Source of the DNA: Actinomycetota bacterium
GTDB taxonomy: Bacteria; Actinomycetota; UBA4738; HRBIN12
Length of the DNA: 64,000 nt
Assembly (NCBI GenBank): GCA_041287635.1
Contig: JBGGNG010000149.1
Location: forward strand, 3,424 to 67,423
Reading direction: 5' to 3'
This document shows positions 27,600-37,926 of the stretch, in pieces; position 1 is the first letter of the stretch, and the number at the start of each line of letters is the position of its first letter. Under the pieces are notes generated by a model that was given only the letters and a program-made list of their open reading frames with translations, did not search any database and was not told where the DNA came from. The position numbers and the translations under genes are program-made.

Positions 27600-27632
27600 G
27601 AGAGGGCCCTGGGCTTCGCCCGGGGCCCTCTC
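27600..27632 (+). terminator. Strong GC hairpin terminator after the secreted-protein gene
   Basis: GAGAGGGCCC-tGGGCttcGCCCg-GGGCCCTCTC. Perfect 10-bp outer stem plus inner 4-bp stem, 20 nt after the stop at 27579. No U-tract. Confidence 0.55.
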
Positions 27633-27649
27633 GCGTTCACCGGTATCCT

Positions 27650-29365
27650 GTGCGACCTATGCGCCTGTCGAAGCTCTTCGTCCCGACCCTGCGTGACGAT
27701 CCCGCCGACGCCGAGATCGCCTCGCACCGACTGCTGCTGCGAGCCGGCTTCGTGCGTCAGGTGATGGCAGGCGTCTACGTCACGCTGCCGCTCGGGCTGC
27801 GCACGATGCGCACGATCGAGACCATCGTCCGCGAAGAGATGGACGCATCGGGCGCGTGCGAGATCCGCATGCCGATCGTGCTTCCTGCGGCTCCGTGGCA
27901 GGCGACGGGTCGCTACGACCTGTACGGCGACACATTGTTCAAGTTCACCGACCGCCATGACCGGCAACTGGTGCTCGGGCCGACCGAGGAGGAAGTCGTG
28001 ACCCCCCTGGTCGCGGGGGATCTGCCCTCCTACCGTGATCTGCCCGTCAACCTCTACCAGGTGGAATGGAAGTACCGCGACGAGTTCCGCCCCCGGTTCG
28101 GGTTGCTCCGCGTTCGGGAGTTCCTGATGAAGGACGCCTACTCCTTCGATCGCGACGAGGAGGGTCTGCGGGAGAGCTACCGGGTGATGTACGAGGCGTA
28201 CGAACGCATCTTCGACCGTATCGGACTCGATCTCGCGGTCGTGGAGGCGGACCCCGGCCAGATCGGCGGCGGCGTGAACCACGAGTACATGGCGCGAGCG
28301 CAGGTCGGCGAGGACCTGTTCGTGGAGTGTGAGAACGGCGACTACCTCGCCGATACCGAGGCCGCCAGGCCGATGATGCCCGAGCCCGCCCCGCCTGGGA
28401 CGCAGCCGCTGACCGAGGTCGACACTCCCGAAACGCCGACGATCGAAACGCTCGCGACCTTCCTCGGCATCGAGGCCTCGCGCACGCTCAAGTGCGTGCT
28501 GTTCGACGTGGGTGGCCGCACGGTGGCCGTCCTAGTCCCCGGCGACCGCGAGGTCAACGTGAACAAGCTCGAGCGGCTCGTCTTCCCCGAGCAGGTCCGG
28601 CCGCTCGACGACAAGGACTTCGGGGCGCGCGGCTTCGTGAAGGGCTACGTGGTGCCGCAGGGCTTCGGCGACGCCGTCGAGGTGTTCGCCGACCACCTCG
28701 TGCGCGGTGGCAACGACTGGGTCACCGGTTCGAACACCGCGGACCGACACGTCACGGGCGCCAACATCGATCGCGACTTCCGCATCGATCGCTGGGAGGA
28801 CCTGGTCGAGTTCCGTGACGGCGACGCGTGCCCGATCGACGGCGGACGGCTGCGCCTCGGGCGGTCGATCGTGGTCGCTCACATCTACCAGCTGGGCACG
28901 AAGTACTCCGCCCCCCTCGAGGCGACGTTCCAGGACGAGGACGGCACGCAGAGGCCCTACGAGATGGGGTGCTACGGGATCGGCATCAGCCGGATCCTCG
29001 CGGCCGTCGTCGAACAGAACCACGATGACGAGGGCATCGTCTGGCCCGCGCACCTCGCCCCCTTCCAGGTCGTCGTCATCATGGCCGGCACCGATGACGA
29101 GCGGGTTCGTGGAACGGCCGAGCGGATCTACGTCGAGCTCGGCGAGCGCGGCGTCGAGGCGCTGCTCGACGATCGCGACGAACGAGCCGGCGTCAAGTTC
29201 GCCGACGCCGACCTGATCGGGTACCCGGTGCAGGTCACCGTGGGCAAGCGCGGACTGGCGGACGGCTCGGTCGACCTGAAGCTGCGGGCCTCGGGGGAGC
29301 GTTCCAGCGCAACCGTCGAGGGCGCCGTGCAGGCGGCCGTCGATCTGCTCGCGAGGGCCCCGTAG
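27650..29365 (+). CDS. proS: Prolyl-tRNA synthetase (bacterial type with editing domain)
   Basis: RLSKLFVPTLRDDPADAEIASHRLLLRAGFVRQ is the canonical ProRS N-terminus. 571 aa. Start may be the ATG 9 nt downstream. Confidence 0.95.
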   Translation: MRPMRLSKLFVPTLRDDPADAEIASHRLLLRAGFVRQVMAGVYVTLPLGLRTMRTIETIVREEMDASGACEIRMPIVLPAAPWQATGRYDLYGDTLFKFTDRHDRQLVLGPTEEEVVTPLVAGDLPSYRDLPVNLYQVEWKYRDEFRPRFGLLRVREFLMKDAYSFDRDEEGLRESYRVMYEAYERIFDRIGLDLAVVEADPGQIGGGVNHEYMARAQVGEDLFVECENGDYLADTEAARPMMPEPAPPGTQPLTEVDTPETPTIETLATFLGIEASRTLKCVLFDVGGRTVAVLVPGDREVNVNKLERLVFPEQVRPLDDKDFGARGFVKGYVVPQGFGDAVEVFADHLVRGGNDWVTGSNTADRHVTGANIDRDFRIDRWEDLVEFRDGDACPIDGGRLRLGRSIVVAHIYQLGTKYSAPLEATFQDEDGTQRPYEMGCYGIGISRILAAVVEQNHDDEGIVWPAHLAPFQVVVIMAGTDDERVRGTAERIYVELGERGVEALLDDRDERAGVKFADADLIGYPVQVTVGKRGLADGSVDLKLRASGERSSATVEGAVQAAVDLLARAP

Positions 29366-29449
29366 GGCCGTCTGCGGTGCACCCGGCCGTTCCCGCAGGT
29401 CGTGGGCTATACTCGTCGGGTACAGGAGCTTTCAGACGTGTTTGCCGGA

Positions 29450-29478
29450 GGTGGGCTCGCGCCCACCTTCTCGTTCGT
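29450..29478 (+). terminator. Intrinsic terminator/attenuator hairpin in the rimP-nusA-infB leader
   Basis: GGTGGGC-tcgc-GCCCACC followed by TTCTCGTTCGT. Lies 85 nt after the proS stop and 17 nt before the rimP GTG. Confidence 0.5.
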
Positions 29479-29494
29479 AGGGGAGGGTCGAGCG

Positions 29495-29962
29495 GTGGAA
29501 GTCGACGCGCTGCTCAGGCCCGTGATCGAGGCCGAGGGCCTCGAGCTCTACGACGTGACCCAGGGTCGTGAGGGGGGACGGAAGGTCCTCCGGGTGATCG
29601 TCGACGGTCCCAACGGCGTCGATATCGACACGTTGAGCCGGCTCTCCGAGCGCGTCTCGCGCCATCTCGACGACGAGGGGTACGAGACGGGCCCGTACGA
29701 CCTGCAGGTCTCGACGCCGGGTCTCGAACGGCCGCTGAAACGGCCCGAGCACTTCCGCGCGACGGTGGGCGAGCAGGTGAAGGTGAGAACGACGGCGCCC
29801 TTGGCCGGGTCGAGGACCCACACCGGCACGCTGTCCGCCGCCGACGACGAGGGCATCACGCTCGTCGTCGGCGACGACGAACTCCGCGTGCGGCACGCCG
29901 ACATCGCGTCGGCGCGCACGGTCGTCGACTGGAGCGCCGAACTGAAGAGGAGCAACGCATGA
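29495..29962 (+). CDS. rimP: Ribosome maturation factor RimP
   Basis: VEVDALLRPVIEAEGLELYDV... resembles the usual RimP start. GGGAGGG lies 7 nt upstream of GTG 29495. The longer track ORF (29402) would include the terminator hairpin. Confidence 0.8.
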   Translation: MEVDALLRPVIEAEGLELYDVTQGREGGRKVLRVIVDGPNGVDIDTLSRLSERVSRHLDDEGYETGPYDLQVSTPGLERPLKRPEHFRATVGEQVKVRTTAPLAGSRTHTGTLSAADDEGITLVVGDDELRVRHADIASARTVVDWSAELKRSNA

Positions 29963-31221
29963 ACGCCGAGATGATCGCCGCATTGCGGGAACTGGAACGA
30001 GAGAAGGGCGTCGCCTTCGAGACGATCCTGCAGGGACTCGAGGAGGCGATGGCCTCCGCCTACAAGACATGGTGGAAGCAGGAGAACCCCGACGCCGACG
30101 ACGACTTCGTCGGCTTCCGGGCCGAGATCGACTCCGAGAGCGGTGACCTGCGCATGTGGAAGCAGGACCTCGAGGAGATCGAGGTGCCGCCGACCGAGGA
30201 AGGCGCCGAGCCGACCCTCGAGATGAAGGTGCTCGGCGAGGAAGAGGTGGAAGTCACCGACGACTTCAAGGGCCGCATCGGCGCGCAGACCGCGAAGCAG
30301 GTGATCTTCCAGAAACTTCGCGACGCGGAGCGCGAGATGACCTACGAGGAGTTCGCGGGCCGCGAGGGCGACGTCGTTACCGGCATCGTGCAGCAGCAAG
30401 AGCGCCGGTACACGTTGCTCGACCTCGGGAAGGTCGAGGCCCTCCTGCCGCAGGCCGAGCAGGTGCCCACTGAGCCGTACCGTCACGGCGAGCGTCTCAA
30501 GGCGTACATCACCGAGGTGCGCAAGGGTACGAAGGGCCCGCAGATCGTCGTGAGCCGGTCGCATCCGGGGCTGCTGAAGGCCCTGTTCGCGATGGAGGTG
30601 CCCGAGGTCGAGGAGGGCATCGTCGTGATCAAGGCCGTCGCGCGCGAGCCCGGACACCGATCGAAGATCGGCGTCCTTTCGAACGAGCCGGGGGTCGACC
30701 CCGTGGGAGCGTGCGTCGGCCCAAAGGGCTCGCGCGTTCGCATGGTGGTCAACGAGCTTCGCGGCGAGAAGATCGACGTCGTGCCCTGGTCCGACAACTC
30801 GGCCGAGTTCGTGGCGAACGCGTTGCAGCCGGCCAAGGTGAAGGAGGTTCGCATCGACGAGAGCACGGGCACCGCCATGGTGATCGTGCCCGATTACCAG
30901 CTCTCGCTCGCGATCGGGAAGGAAGGGCAGAACGCCCGGCTCGCAGCTCGGCTCACCGGCTGGCGCATCGACATCAAGTCGGAGACCCAGGTAGCCGATG
31001 AGGCGCGCGCGGCGACGGCCGCGGCTGCCGCACCGACCGAACCGGTCACACCGACCGAACCGGTCACACCGACCGAACCGGTCACACCGACCGTTCCGGT
31101 TCCCGACGAAACGGTCTCCGAGCCTGCCGAAGCGACGGTGGAGGCCAGGCCCGAGCCCGAGCTTGTCGAGTCGGACGCCGCCTCTCCCGAGGCAGCCGAG
31201 GAGGCGCCGGTCACGGAGTGA
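29959..31221 (+). CDS. nusA: Transcription termination/antitermination factor NusA
   Basis: 420 aa. S1 and two KH domains (LSLAIGKEGQNARLAARLTGWRIDIKS). ATGA overlap with rimP. Pro/Thr/Glu repeat tail. Confidence 0.95.
   Translation: MNAEMIAALRELEREKGVAFETILQGLEEAMASAYKTWWKQENPDADDDFVGFRAEIDSESGDLRMWKQDLEEIEVPPTEEGAEPTLEMKVLGEEEVEVTDDFKGRIGAQTAKQVIFQKLRDAEREMTYEEFAGREGDVVTGIVQQQERRYTLLDLGKVEALLPQAEQVPTEPYRHGERLKAYITEVRKGTKGPQIVVSRSHPGLLKALFAMEVPEVEEGIVVIKAVAREPGHRSKIGVLSNEPGVDPVGACVGPKGSRVRMVVNELRGEKIDVVPWSDNSAEFVANALQPAKVKEVRIDESTGTAMVIVPDYQLSLAIGKEGQNARLAARLTGWRIDIKSETQVADEARAATAAAAAPTEPVTPTEPVTPTEPVTPTVPVPDETVSEPAEATVEARPEPELVESDAASPEAAEEAPVTE
31033..31104 (+). repeat. 18-bp tandem repeat CCGACCGAACCGGTCACA x3 perfect + 1 degenerate, inside the nusA 3' end
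   Basis: Read directly. Encodes PTEPVT x3, then PTVPVP. Confidence 0.95.
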
Positions 31222-31493
31222 ACGTGGTGGCGCACGAGCCGATCCGCACCTGTGTGGGGTGCCGCGAGCGGGGGCGCAAATCGACGCTGGTGCGGCTCGT
31301 CGCCTCGGCCGAGGGGCTGGAGATCGATTGTTCCGGGACGGCGCCGGGTCGTGGCGCGCACGTGCATCCCGACCCGTCGTGCGTCGCGGCCGCGGGCCAG
31401 CCCGGGGTGCTTGGCAGGGCGTTGCGCACGGGTCTGGACGGTGACGAAGTCGGTAGGGTGATGGACGAGATCGAGCGGATGGGAGCGGCGTGA
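31218..31493 (+). CDS. ylxR: YlxR/DUF448 RNA-binding protein
   Basis: RTCVGCRERGRKSTLVRL ... GRGAHVH motif. GTGA overlaps on both sides (nusA, infB). Confidence 0.85.
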   Translation: MNVVAHEPIRTCVGCRERGRKSTLVRLVASAEGLEIDCSGTAPGRGAHVHPDPSCVAAAGQPGVLGRALRTGLDGDEVGRVMDEIERMGAA

Positions 31494-33730
31494 GGGTCCA
31501 CGAACTAGCGAAGGAACTCGGGGTCACCAGCAAGGAGTTGCTGGTGACGTTGGAGCAGATGGGGGTGGCGGGGAAGTCCGCCTCGTCCAGCGTGCCCGAG
31601 GACCTGGTGCCGAGGTTGCGGGCCTCGGGTGGCAAAGCCACAGAGGCGCCGAAGCGTCGCGAGGTGCTCGAGCCGGCTCCGGCCCCACGCAAGCCCAGGG
31701 CCAGGCCGAAGAAGGAAGCCGCACCCACGAAGGAAGCACTCACGATCGGGCCGGCCGCTCCCGAGCAGGAGTCGCCGGCTGCGGCCGAGCCGACCCCGGC
31801 TGCGGCCGAGCCGACTCCGGCAACCGCCTCGACCGCTTCTCCCGTTACGACCGCGCCAACGTCAGGCGGACCCGGCCCCTCGACGCCCGCGTCCGCTCCG
31901 GCGGCGGCATCCACGACAGCTCCGCCTGGGTCGCGTCGGCCTCCCCGTGTCGCACGGACCCCCGCCGAGCCGGAGGTCCCGACGCTTCGCGTCGTCCGAG
32001 GCGCCACCCCGCAGGAGATCGCCGAGAAGCTCGGCAAGGGACCTGCTGACATCGTGAAGATCCTCTTCCTCGCAGGCGAGATGGCCACGGCCACGACGTC
32101 ATTGTCCGACGAGGGGATCGCGCTCGTGGCGAACGAGCTCGGCATGGAACCCGAGATCGTCGGGCTCGAGGACGAGATCGTGGCCGAGGAGCTGGAGGAG
32201 GAGATCGACGAGTCGCTGCTCGTGCCGAGACCCCCGGTGGTCACGGTCATGGGCCACGTCGACCACGGGAAGACGAAGCTGCTCGACTCGATCCGGGAGA
32301 CCGATGTGGTGGCCGGCGAGTTCGGCGGCATCACGCAGCACATCGGCGCCTACCAGGCGCACGTGGGCGAGCGCGACATCACGTTCATCGACACCCCCGG
32401 CCACGAGGCCTTCACCGCGATGCGTGCCCGGGGTGCGCAAGTGACCGACATCGCGGTGCTGGTGGTGGCAGCCGACGACGGGGTGATGCCGCAGACGATC
32501 GAGGCCCTCGACCACGCGAAGGCGGCCGAAGTACCGATCGTCGTCGCCGTGAACAAGGTCGACAAGGAGTCCGCCGACCCGACGCGCGTGCGTCAGCAAC
32601 TCGTCGAGCGCGGGCTCGTGCCGTCGGAGTGGGGCGGTGACACCGAGTTCGTGGATGTCTCCGCCAAGGCGAAGACGAACCTCGACACGCTGCTCGAGAC
32701 GATCCTGCTGGTCGCCGACCTCGAGGAGCTCAAGGGCGTCCCGACCGGCCGCGCGCGCGGCACCGTGATCGAGGCTCACCTCGACAAGGGTCGGGGCCCT
32801 GTGGCGACCGTGCTCGTGCAGCGTGGCAGCCTCGACATCGGCGACGCGCTGGTCTCCGGCACGACCTACTGCAAGATCCGGGCGATGCAGGATGAGAACG
32901 GCGTCACCCTCGATGTGGCGGGACCGTCGAAGCCGGTGCAGCTGCTGGGGTGGGAGGCCGTTCCCGCGTCGGGCGACGAGTTCCGCGAGGTCGCCGACGA
33001 GCGCGAGGCGCGTCACGTCGCCAGCGAGCGCGAAGCGAAGGCTCGTGCGGCCGAACTCGTGATCAGCCGGCCGCCGACCCTCTCCGATCTGCTGCGCCAA
33101 GCCGAGCGCGCCGAGATCCCTGAGCTCAACCTCGTGGTCAAGGCCGACGTGCAGGGCTCGCTGGGCGCCCTGACCGACGCGTTCCTGAAGCTGCCCCAGG
33201 ACGAGGTGCGTGTGAACATCGTGCGCAGTGCTGCGGGCGGCATCACCGAGAACGACGTCTCCCTCGCGATGGCCTCGGACGCGATCGTGATCGGGTTCAA
33301 CGTGCGCCCCGACAAGCAGGCCGTCGATCTCGCCGATCGGGAAGGCGTCGACATCCGTACCTATCGCGTGATCTACGATGCGATCGACGACATCAAGCTG
33401 GCGCTGTCCGGCCTGCTCCCACCCGAGAAGCAGGAGCACGAGCTCGGACAGGCCGAGGTGCGGCAGATCTTCCGCGTCCCCAAGCTCGGGGTCGTGGCGG
33501 GGTGCTACGTCACCCAGGGCACGATCCCGCGCGACGCGCGGGTCCGGCTCGTGCGCGACGGCATCGTGGTCTATCACGGCAGACTGGGGTCGCTGCGCCG
33601 GTTCAAGGACGACGTGAAGGAAGTCGCGTCGGGCTACGAGTGCGGCATCGGCATCGAGGGCTACCAGGACGTCAAGGAACGCGACGTGATCGAGGCCTAC
33701 GAGGTCCGCGAGGTCGCCCGCTCGATCTGA
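31490..33730 (+). CDS. infB: Translation initiation factor IF-2
   Basis: [13 protein letters not shown]-terminus. G-domain [23 protein letters not shown]. 746 aa. Confidence 0.95.
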   Translation: MRVHELAKELGVTSKELLVTLEQMGVAGKSASSSVPEDLVPRLRASGGKATEAPKRREVLEPAPAPRKPRARPKKEAAPTKEALTIGPAAPEQESPAAAEPTPAAAEPTPATASTASPVTTAPTSGGPGPSTPASAPAAASTTAPPGSRRPPRVARTPAEPEVPTLRVVRGATPQEIAEKLGKGPADIVKILFLAGEMATATTSLSDEGIALVANELGMEPEIVGLEDEIVAEELEEEIDESLLVPRPPVVTVMGHVDHGKTKLLDSIRETDVVAGEFGGITQHIGAYQAHVGERDITFIDTPGHEAFTAMRARGAQVTDIAVLVVAADDGVMPQTIEALDHAKAAEVPIVVAVNKVDKESADPTRVRQQLVERGLVPSEWGGDTEFVDVSAKAKTNLDTLLETILLVADLEELKGVPTGRARGTVIEAHLDKGRGPVATVLVQRGSLDIGDALVSGTTYCKIRAMQDENGVTLDVAGPSKPVQLLGWEAVPASGDEFREVADEREARHVASEREAKARAAELVISRPPTLSDLLRQAERAEIPELNLVVKADVQGSLGALTDAFLKLPQDEVRVNIVRSAAGGITENDVSLAMASDAIVIGFNVRPDKQAVDLADREGVDIRTYRVIYDAIDDIKLALSGLLPPEKQEHELGQAEVRQIFRVPKLGVVAGCYVTQGTIPRDARVRLVRDGIVVYHGRLGSLRRFKDDVKEVASGYECGIGIEGYQDVKERDVIEAYEVREVARSI

Positions 33731-34032
33731 TGTTCGTGGCGCTGCAACGGTTCGACCTGCGCATCCGCGAGAGCCACTCCCTGAAGCAGAAGCGTCACGT
33801 CGTGAAGGCGCTGACCGCCGCGATCCGCCAGCGCTTCAACGTGGGCGTCGCGGAGGTGGACCACCAAGACCTCTGGCAGCGCGCCACGATCGCGGTCGCC
33901 GCGGTCGGAGGCCAGGAGTATCACCTGCGGCACGTCACGAGCGAGATCGAACGGTTCGTCGAGACCTGGCCAGCGGTCGAGATGCTGCATGTCGACCTGA
34001 CCGTGCACACCCCCGACGACCGAGAGCCGTAG
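33730..34032 (+). CDS. DUF503 (YlxP-like) protein
   Basis: 100 aa. LRIRESHSLKQKRHVV motif. The ATG shares 1 nt with the infB TGA. Confidence 0.8.
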   Translation: MFVALQRFDLRIRESHSLKQKRHVVKALTAAIRQRFNVGVAEVDHQDLWQRATIAVAAVGGQEYHLRHVTSEIERFVETWPAVEMLHVDLTVHTPDDREP

Positions 34033-34041
34033 TCTGATGCC

Positions 34042-34398
34042 ATGAGCCAAGGAGCGCGCATGCAGCGGGTCGGCGAGGAGTTCCGCGAGATCCTCGCCGA
34101 GGAGATCCCGAAGTTGAAGGACCCTCGCGTGGGGTTCGTGACCGTCGTCGGCGTGAAGGTCTCACCCGACCTCCGTCACGCGTGGGTCGCGTACACGTCG
34201 ATGGGCGACGACAAGGCGAAGGCCGGCACGCGTGCAGCCCTGCGTTCGGCTCGAGCGCATCTGCGGGCCGTGATCGGGCGGCAGGTGCGCCTCAAGTACC
34301 TGCCGGAGCTCGACTTCGAGGAAGACACGACGTACGAGCAGGGGCAGCGGATCGACGAGTTGATCGCCGGTCTGCGTCGCCTGGAGGACGATCTATGA
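34042..34398 (+). CDS. rbfA: Ribosome-binding factor A
   Basis: 118 aa. RVGEEFREILAEEI...DPRVGFVTV. Confidence 0.9.
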   Translation: MSQGARMQRVGEEFREILAEEIPKLKDPRVGFVTVVGVKVSPDLRHAWVAYTSMGDDKAKAGTRAALRSARAHLRAVIGRQVRLKYLPELDFEEDTTYEQGQRIDELIAGLRRLEDDL

Positions 34399-35375
34399 CA
34401 CCCGATTTCGCGCGGGCCGCCCAGGTGCTCGCCGACGCGACCGAGGTCGCGCTCGCGTGTCACGTGAATCCCGATGCGGACGCCCTCGGGTCGATGCTGG
34501 GCCTCGCCGCCTTCCTGCGATCGCGAGGGGTCGAGACCGTCTGCTCCTACCCGAACGAGCCGCTCGAACCACCACGGTGGGCCGAGCTGTTGCCCGGGGC
34601 CGACCGGTTGGTGCCGGCGAAGGCGTTCCCGAAGGAGCCCGCGGTGATGGTCACGTGCGACTGCGCCGCGTTCGACCGGCTCGGACAGCTGGGGCACGTC
34701 GCGAACCGGGCGGGTGAGGTGATCTGGATCGACCACCATCGGTCGAACGAGGGCCTCGGCTCGATCCCTCTGAACGATCCGCAGGCCTCGTCGACCTGCG
34801 AGATGGTCTTCCGGCTGATCGAAACGATGGGTGGCGAGATGCCCGACGAGACGGCGGTCTGCCTGTACGCGGGCCTCGTCACCGACACGGGCAAGTTCCA
34901 GTACGAGGCCACCACCCCCGAGACGTTGCGCATCGCTGCCCGGCTCCGAGAACACCCCTTCGATCACGCCCGGCTTGTGCAGGCCCTCTACGAGGACAAT
35001 CCCCCCACCTACCTGACGCTCGTCGGCGTGGCGTTGGGGCGGCTCGAGCACGTCGCAGACGCCGACCTGGTCTGGACCTACCTCACCCAGGCCGACCTGC
35101 TGGACGCGGGCGTGCACCCGGCCGAGACCGACGACCTGATCGACGTGATCCGAACGGCGCGCGATGTCGACGTGGCTGCGATCGTGAAGCAACAGAAGGA
35201 CGGCCGCTTCAAGGTGAGCGTGCGTTCGCGAGGCGACCACGATCTCGCGAGGGTCGCAGCTGCCTTCGGCGGCGGCGGGCACCGGCTCGCCGCCGGGTAC
35301 ACCTCGGCCCATGGGCCGGCCGAGACCGTCGAACGCCTCGCAAAGGCCCTCCGGGGCGAGCCCGTGACCGCGTGA
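34395..35375 (+). CDS. nrnA: DHH-family oligoribonuclease/pAp phosphatase NrnA
   Basis: ATGA overlap with rbfA. CHVNPDADALGS, IDHHRSN, GGGH motifs. The upstream part of track ORF 34182 is a shadow of rbfA. Confidence 0.85.
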   Translation: MTPDFARAAQVLADATEVALACHVNPDADALGSMLGLAAFLRSRGVETVCSYPNEPLEPPRWAELLPGADRLVPAKAFPKEPAVMVTCDCAAFDRLGQLGHVANRAGEVIWIDHHRSNEGLGSIPLNDPQASSTCEMVFRLIETMGGEMPDETAVCLYAGLVTDTGKFQYEATTPETLRIAARLREHPFDHARLVQALYEDNPPTYLTLVGVALGRLEHVADADLVWTYLTQADLLDAGVHPAETDDLIDVIRTARDVDVAAIVKQQKDGRFKVSVRSRGDHDLARVAAAFGGGGHRLAAGYTSAHGPAETVERLAKALRGEPVTA

Positions 35376-36244
35376 GTACTGGCCCCGCCACGCCCGGGCG
35401 CGGACCCGAGGGGTTGGTGCTCGTCGACAAGCCGGGTGGCATCACGTCGCACGACGCCGTGGCGAAGGTTCGCCGGGCGCTCGGCACCAAGAAGGTGGGC
35501 CATGCGGGCACCCTCGACCCGATGGCGACCGGACTGCTCGTCATGGGTGTCGGCAGGGCCACACGGCTCCTGCGTTTCCTCGGGGAGCTGCCGAAGACGT
35601 ACGAGGCCACGATGCGCCTCGGCGTCGAGACCACGACCCTCGATTCCGACGGAGAGGTGGTCCGGTCGGCGCCGGTCGCGGTCGACGACGACCGACTGGC
35701 GGAGGTCGTCGGAGCGCTCGTCGGGGAGTCGATGCAGCGGCCGCCCGCGTTCTCGGCCGTCAAGGTGGGGGGTCGCAAGCTCTACGAAGCCGCCCGGAAG
35801 GGGGAGGTGCTCGAGGCGCCCCCCCGCCCGATCATGGTCGACCGCTTCGAGGTGCTCGCTCGTCGCCACGACGACGTCGACGTGGTGATCACCTGCGGCG
35901 GCGGCACGTACGTCCGGGCGCTCGCGGCCGACGTGGGGACGGCTCTCGGGTGTGGGGCTCACCTCAGGGCGCTGCGACGGACCGCGATCGGGCCGTTCGA
36001 GGTCGCCATCGCGACCGACCCGGACGACCCAGGATCACCGCTGCCGATCGAGCGTACGGTCTCCCATCTGCCTTCCGTGCGGCTCGATTCCGAGGAAGCC
36101 GTCGCCGCGGGGCACGGCCGCGTGCTCGCGCCCGCAGGGATCGACGGTCCGTACGCGATCCTCTCCCCCGACGAGCGGCTGGTCGGGGTCTTCCAGGACG
36201 AGGGTCCCCGGTCGAAGCCGCTGGTCGTGTTGGCAGCCGACTGA
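35372..36244 (+). CDS. truB: tRNA pseudouridine-55 synthase
   Basis: GHAGTLDPMATGLL catalytic motif. 290 aa. Confidence 0.9.
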   Translation: MSTGPATPGRGPEGLVLVDKPGGITSHDAVAKVRRALGTKKVGHAGTLDPMATGLLVMGVGRATRLLRFLGELPKTYEATMRLGVETTTLDSDGEVVRSAPVAVDDDRLAEVVGALVGESMQRPPAFSAVKVGGRKLYEAARKGEVLEAPPRPIMVDRFEVLARRHDDVDVVITCGGGTYVRALAADVGTALGCGAHLRALRRTAIGPFEVAIATDPDDPGSPLPIERTVSHLPSVRLDSEEAVAAGHGRVLAPAGIDGPYAILSPDERLVGVFQDEGPRSKPLVVLAAD

Positions 36245-36270
36245 GCCGAGGCCCGGCCGAGCGGGACCCC

Positions 36271-37926
36271 TCACTCCAAGCCTGCGAAGAGCGAGTCGAT
36301 CGCCATGGCGACGAGGACGAGGCCGCCGACCACGACGGAGGCCGTGAGGGCGATCCGTTGCAGATCCCAGGTCTGGATCGAGACCGGCTCGTGCGGGGGT
36401 GCGAGCCCCCGGAACCGATCCATGATCGGCCGAGGATCCTCCTTCAGCCGGCCGGAGAGCTCGGTCGGCACCGCCATGCCGACGGCGCAGGCGAAGCCCT
36501 CGGCGATCTCGTCGGGGGTGAACAGGGCGGTGGCGCGCTCGTAGACGCGGTCGGGGTCGGTCTGCAGGGCGAGGGTGAGCATCATGTTCGCGAGATCGAC
36601 CGCCTGCCGCCAGGGCGTCGGACGCACCTCGAGGCCCGAGACGTCGACCAGCTGCAGGTGCCCGCGTTGCACCAGTAGGTTCGCCGGCTTGATGTCGCGG
36701 TGGGCGACACCGATGTCCCAGAACTGGCGGATCAGCCGCAGGCCCTCGTCGATCACGACGTCGTCGATATCGGAGTCGCCGAGGTTCTTCGAGTCCTCGA
36801 AGAACTCCGTCACGAGCATGTACTCGCGGTTCGGCGTGAGCTCGACGATGCCCCACGTACGAGCGACCGTGACGTCGTTCATCGCGAGGTATCGCAATGC
36901 GTAGTCCTCGTACTCGGCCAGCCTGCGTACCGATCCGAAGGGGGTCTCGTCCTCGAGCTTGCCGTAGAGGATCGTGCGCCCCACGCGATACCAGCGGTCG
37001 GCGCGCACGTGGCTGGTCGCGTAGATCTTGCCGAAGACGCGCGATCCGTCGGCGAGCGTCATGCGCAGCGGAGACGATCCCCCCGAGCCCTCGAGACCGA
37101 ACGGTTCCACCTCGGTGACCTCGAGCCCGACCTGGTCGGCCATGGCATGCTTCACGGCCTCGGCTCGCGCCCCTCCGAGGTCGAGGTGCGCGGCATTCCC
37201 GCCACGCTGATAGCTCACGGGGAACGACTCGTCGGGAACGAACCATCGGAACAACGTCTCGGACAGCACCCAGCTGAGGAGCGCCGCGTAGGCGACGTTC
37301 GACGGGTAGTCCGCCGCGAGATACAGCCGCGAGAGCGCCACCAGGACCACCACGATCCACGCCGCGGTCATCGCCCGCTTCCTCAGCCGGCCGGCCGGGG
37401 CCAGCACGAACGGCATCGCGAACACGGTGATCGCGAAGGCGGTCATCGGCCACGACGGGAACCGGAAGTCGGTCGCGTCGATCAGGGGAGCGACGTCGCC
37501 GGGGGGGCGCTGCACATCGAGGAAGGTCAGGACCAGCCAGTCGCTGACCACGAACGTCGCGAGCGCCACGACCAGGTGGCGGAACCGCTTCGTTACGATC
37601 AACACGCCCGCCAGCACGACCCGAAGGAGCTGGACGGCACCGAACGCGGTGAGCATGGCGATCGACGTGGCGATGTCGGTGAGGACCGGGGTACGGATGT
37701 CCTCGAAGGCGCGGAGGACCGCATCGCCGAACGCGTGCGGTTGGTCGGAGTTGGCGACCCAGACCTCGATCGCGACGCCGAGCAGCACCACGCCCACCAG
37801 CGCCCACCACCAACGGGTCGACCCCGATGGGCGCGGGAGAGGTGGTGGCTCGCCCGAGGGCCGACGCTGGCGATGCACGCGACCGGCGGTCGGAGGGGCG
37901 ATCGAGGTCGTGGCGGGCGGCTCCAT
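36271..37926 (-). CDS. Membrane fusion protein: degenerate PAP2-like TM domain + WaaP/Kdo-like kinase domain + C-terminal TM helix (paralogue 1)
   Basis: PAP2-like blocks DVQRPP / FPSWP / SRLYLAADYPSN, with both catalytic His missing. Kinase blocks GLEGSGGSS, VFGKIY, AHRDIKPANLLV, LVDVSG, WRQAVDLANMM. Start at ATG 37926 aligns with the paralogue; the track start 38028 would overlap the divergent gene. Confidence 0.7.
   Translation of the reverse strand: MEPPATTSIAPPTAGRVHRQRRPSGEPPPLPRPSGSTRWWWALVGVVLLGVAIEVWVANSDQPHAFGDAVLRAFEDIRTPVLTDIATSIAMLTAFGAVQLLRVVLAGVLIVTKRFRHLVVALATFVVSDWLVLTFLDVQRPPGDVAPLIDATDFRFPSWPMTAFAITVFAMPFVLAPAGRLRKRAMTAAWIVVVLVALSRLYLAADYPSNVAYAALLSWVLSETLFRWFVPDESFPVSYQRGGNAAHLDLGGARAEAVKHAMADQVGLEVTEVEPFGLEGSGGSSPLRMTLADGSRVFGKIYATSHVRADRWYRVGRTILYGKLEDETPFGSVRRLAEYEDYALRYLAMNDVTVARTWGIVELTPNREYMLVTEFFEDSKNLGDSDIDDVVIDEGLRLIRQFWDIGVAHRDIKPANLLVQRGHLQLVDVSGLEVRPTPWRQAVDLANMMLTLALQTDPDRVYERATALFTPDEIAEGFACAVGMAVPTELSGRLKEDPRPIMDRFRGLAPPHEPVSIQTWDLQRIALTASVVVGGLVLVAMAIDSLFAGLE

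Noticed and set aside
29548-32343. 931-aa minus-strand ORF
   Set aside because: It lies antisense to rimP, nusA, ylxR and infB. The composition is Ser/Pro/Arg/Gly-rich with no motifs. The plus-strand genes are certain.
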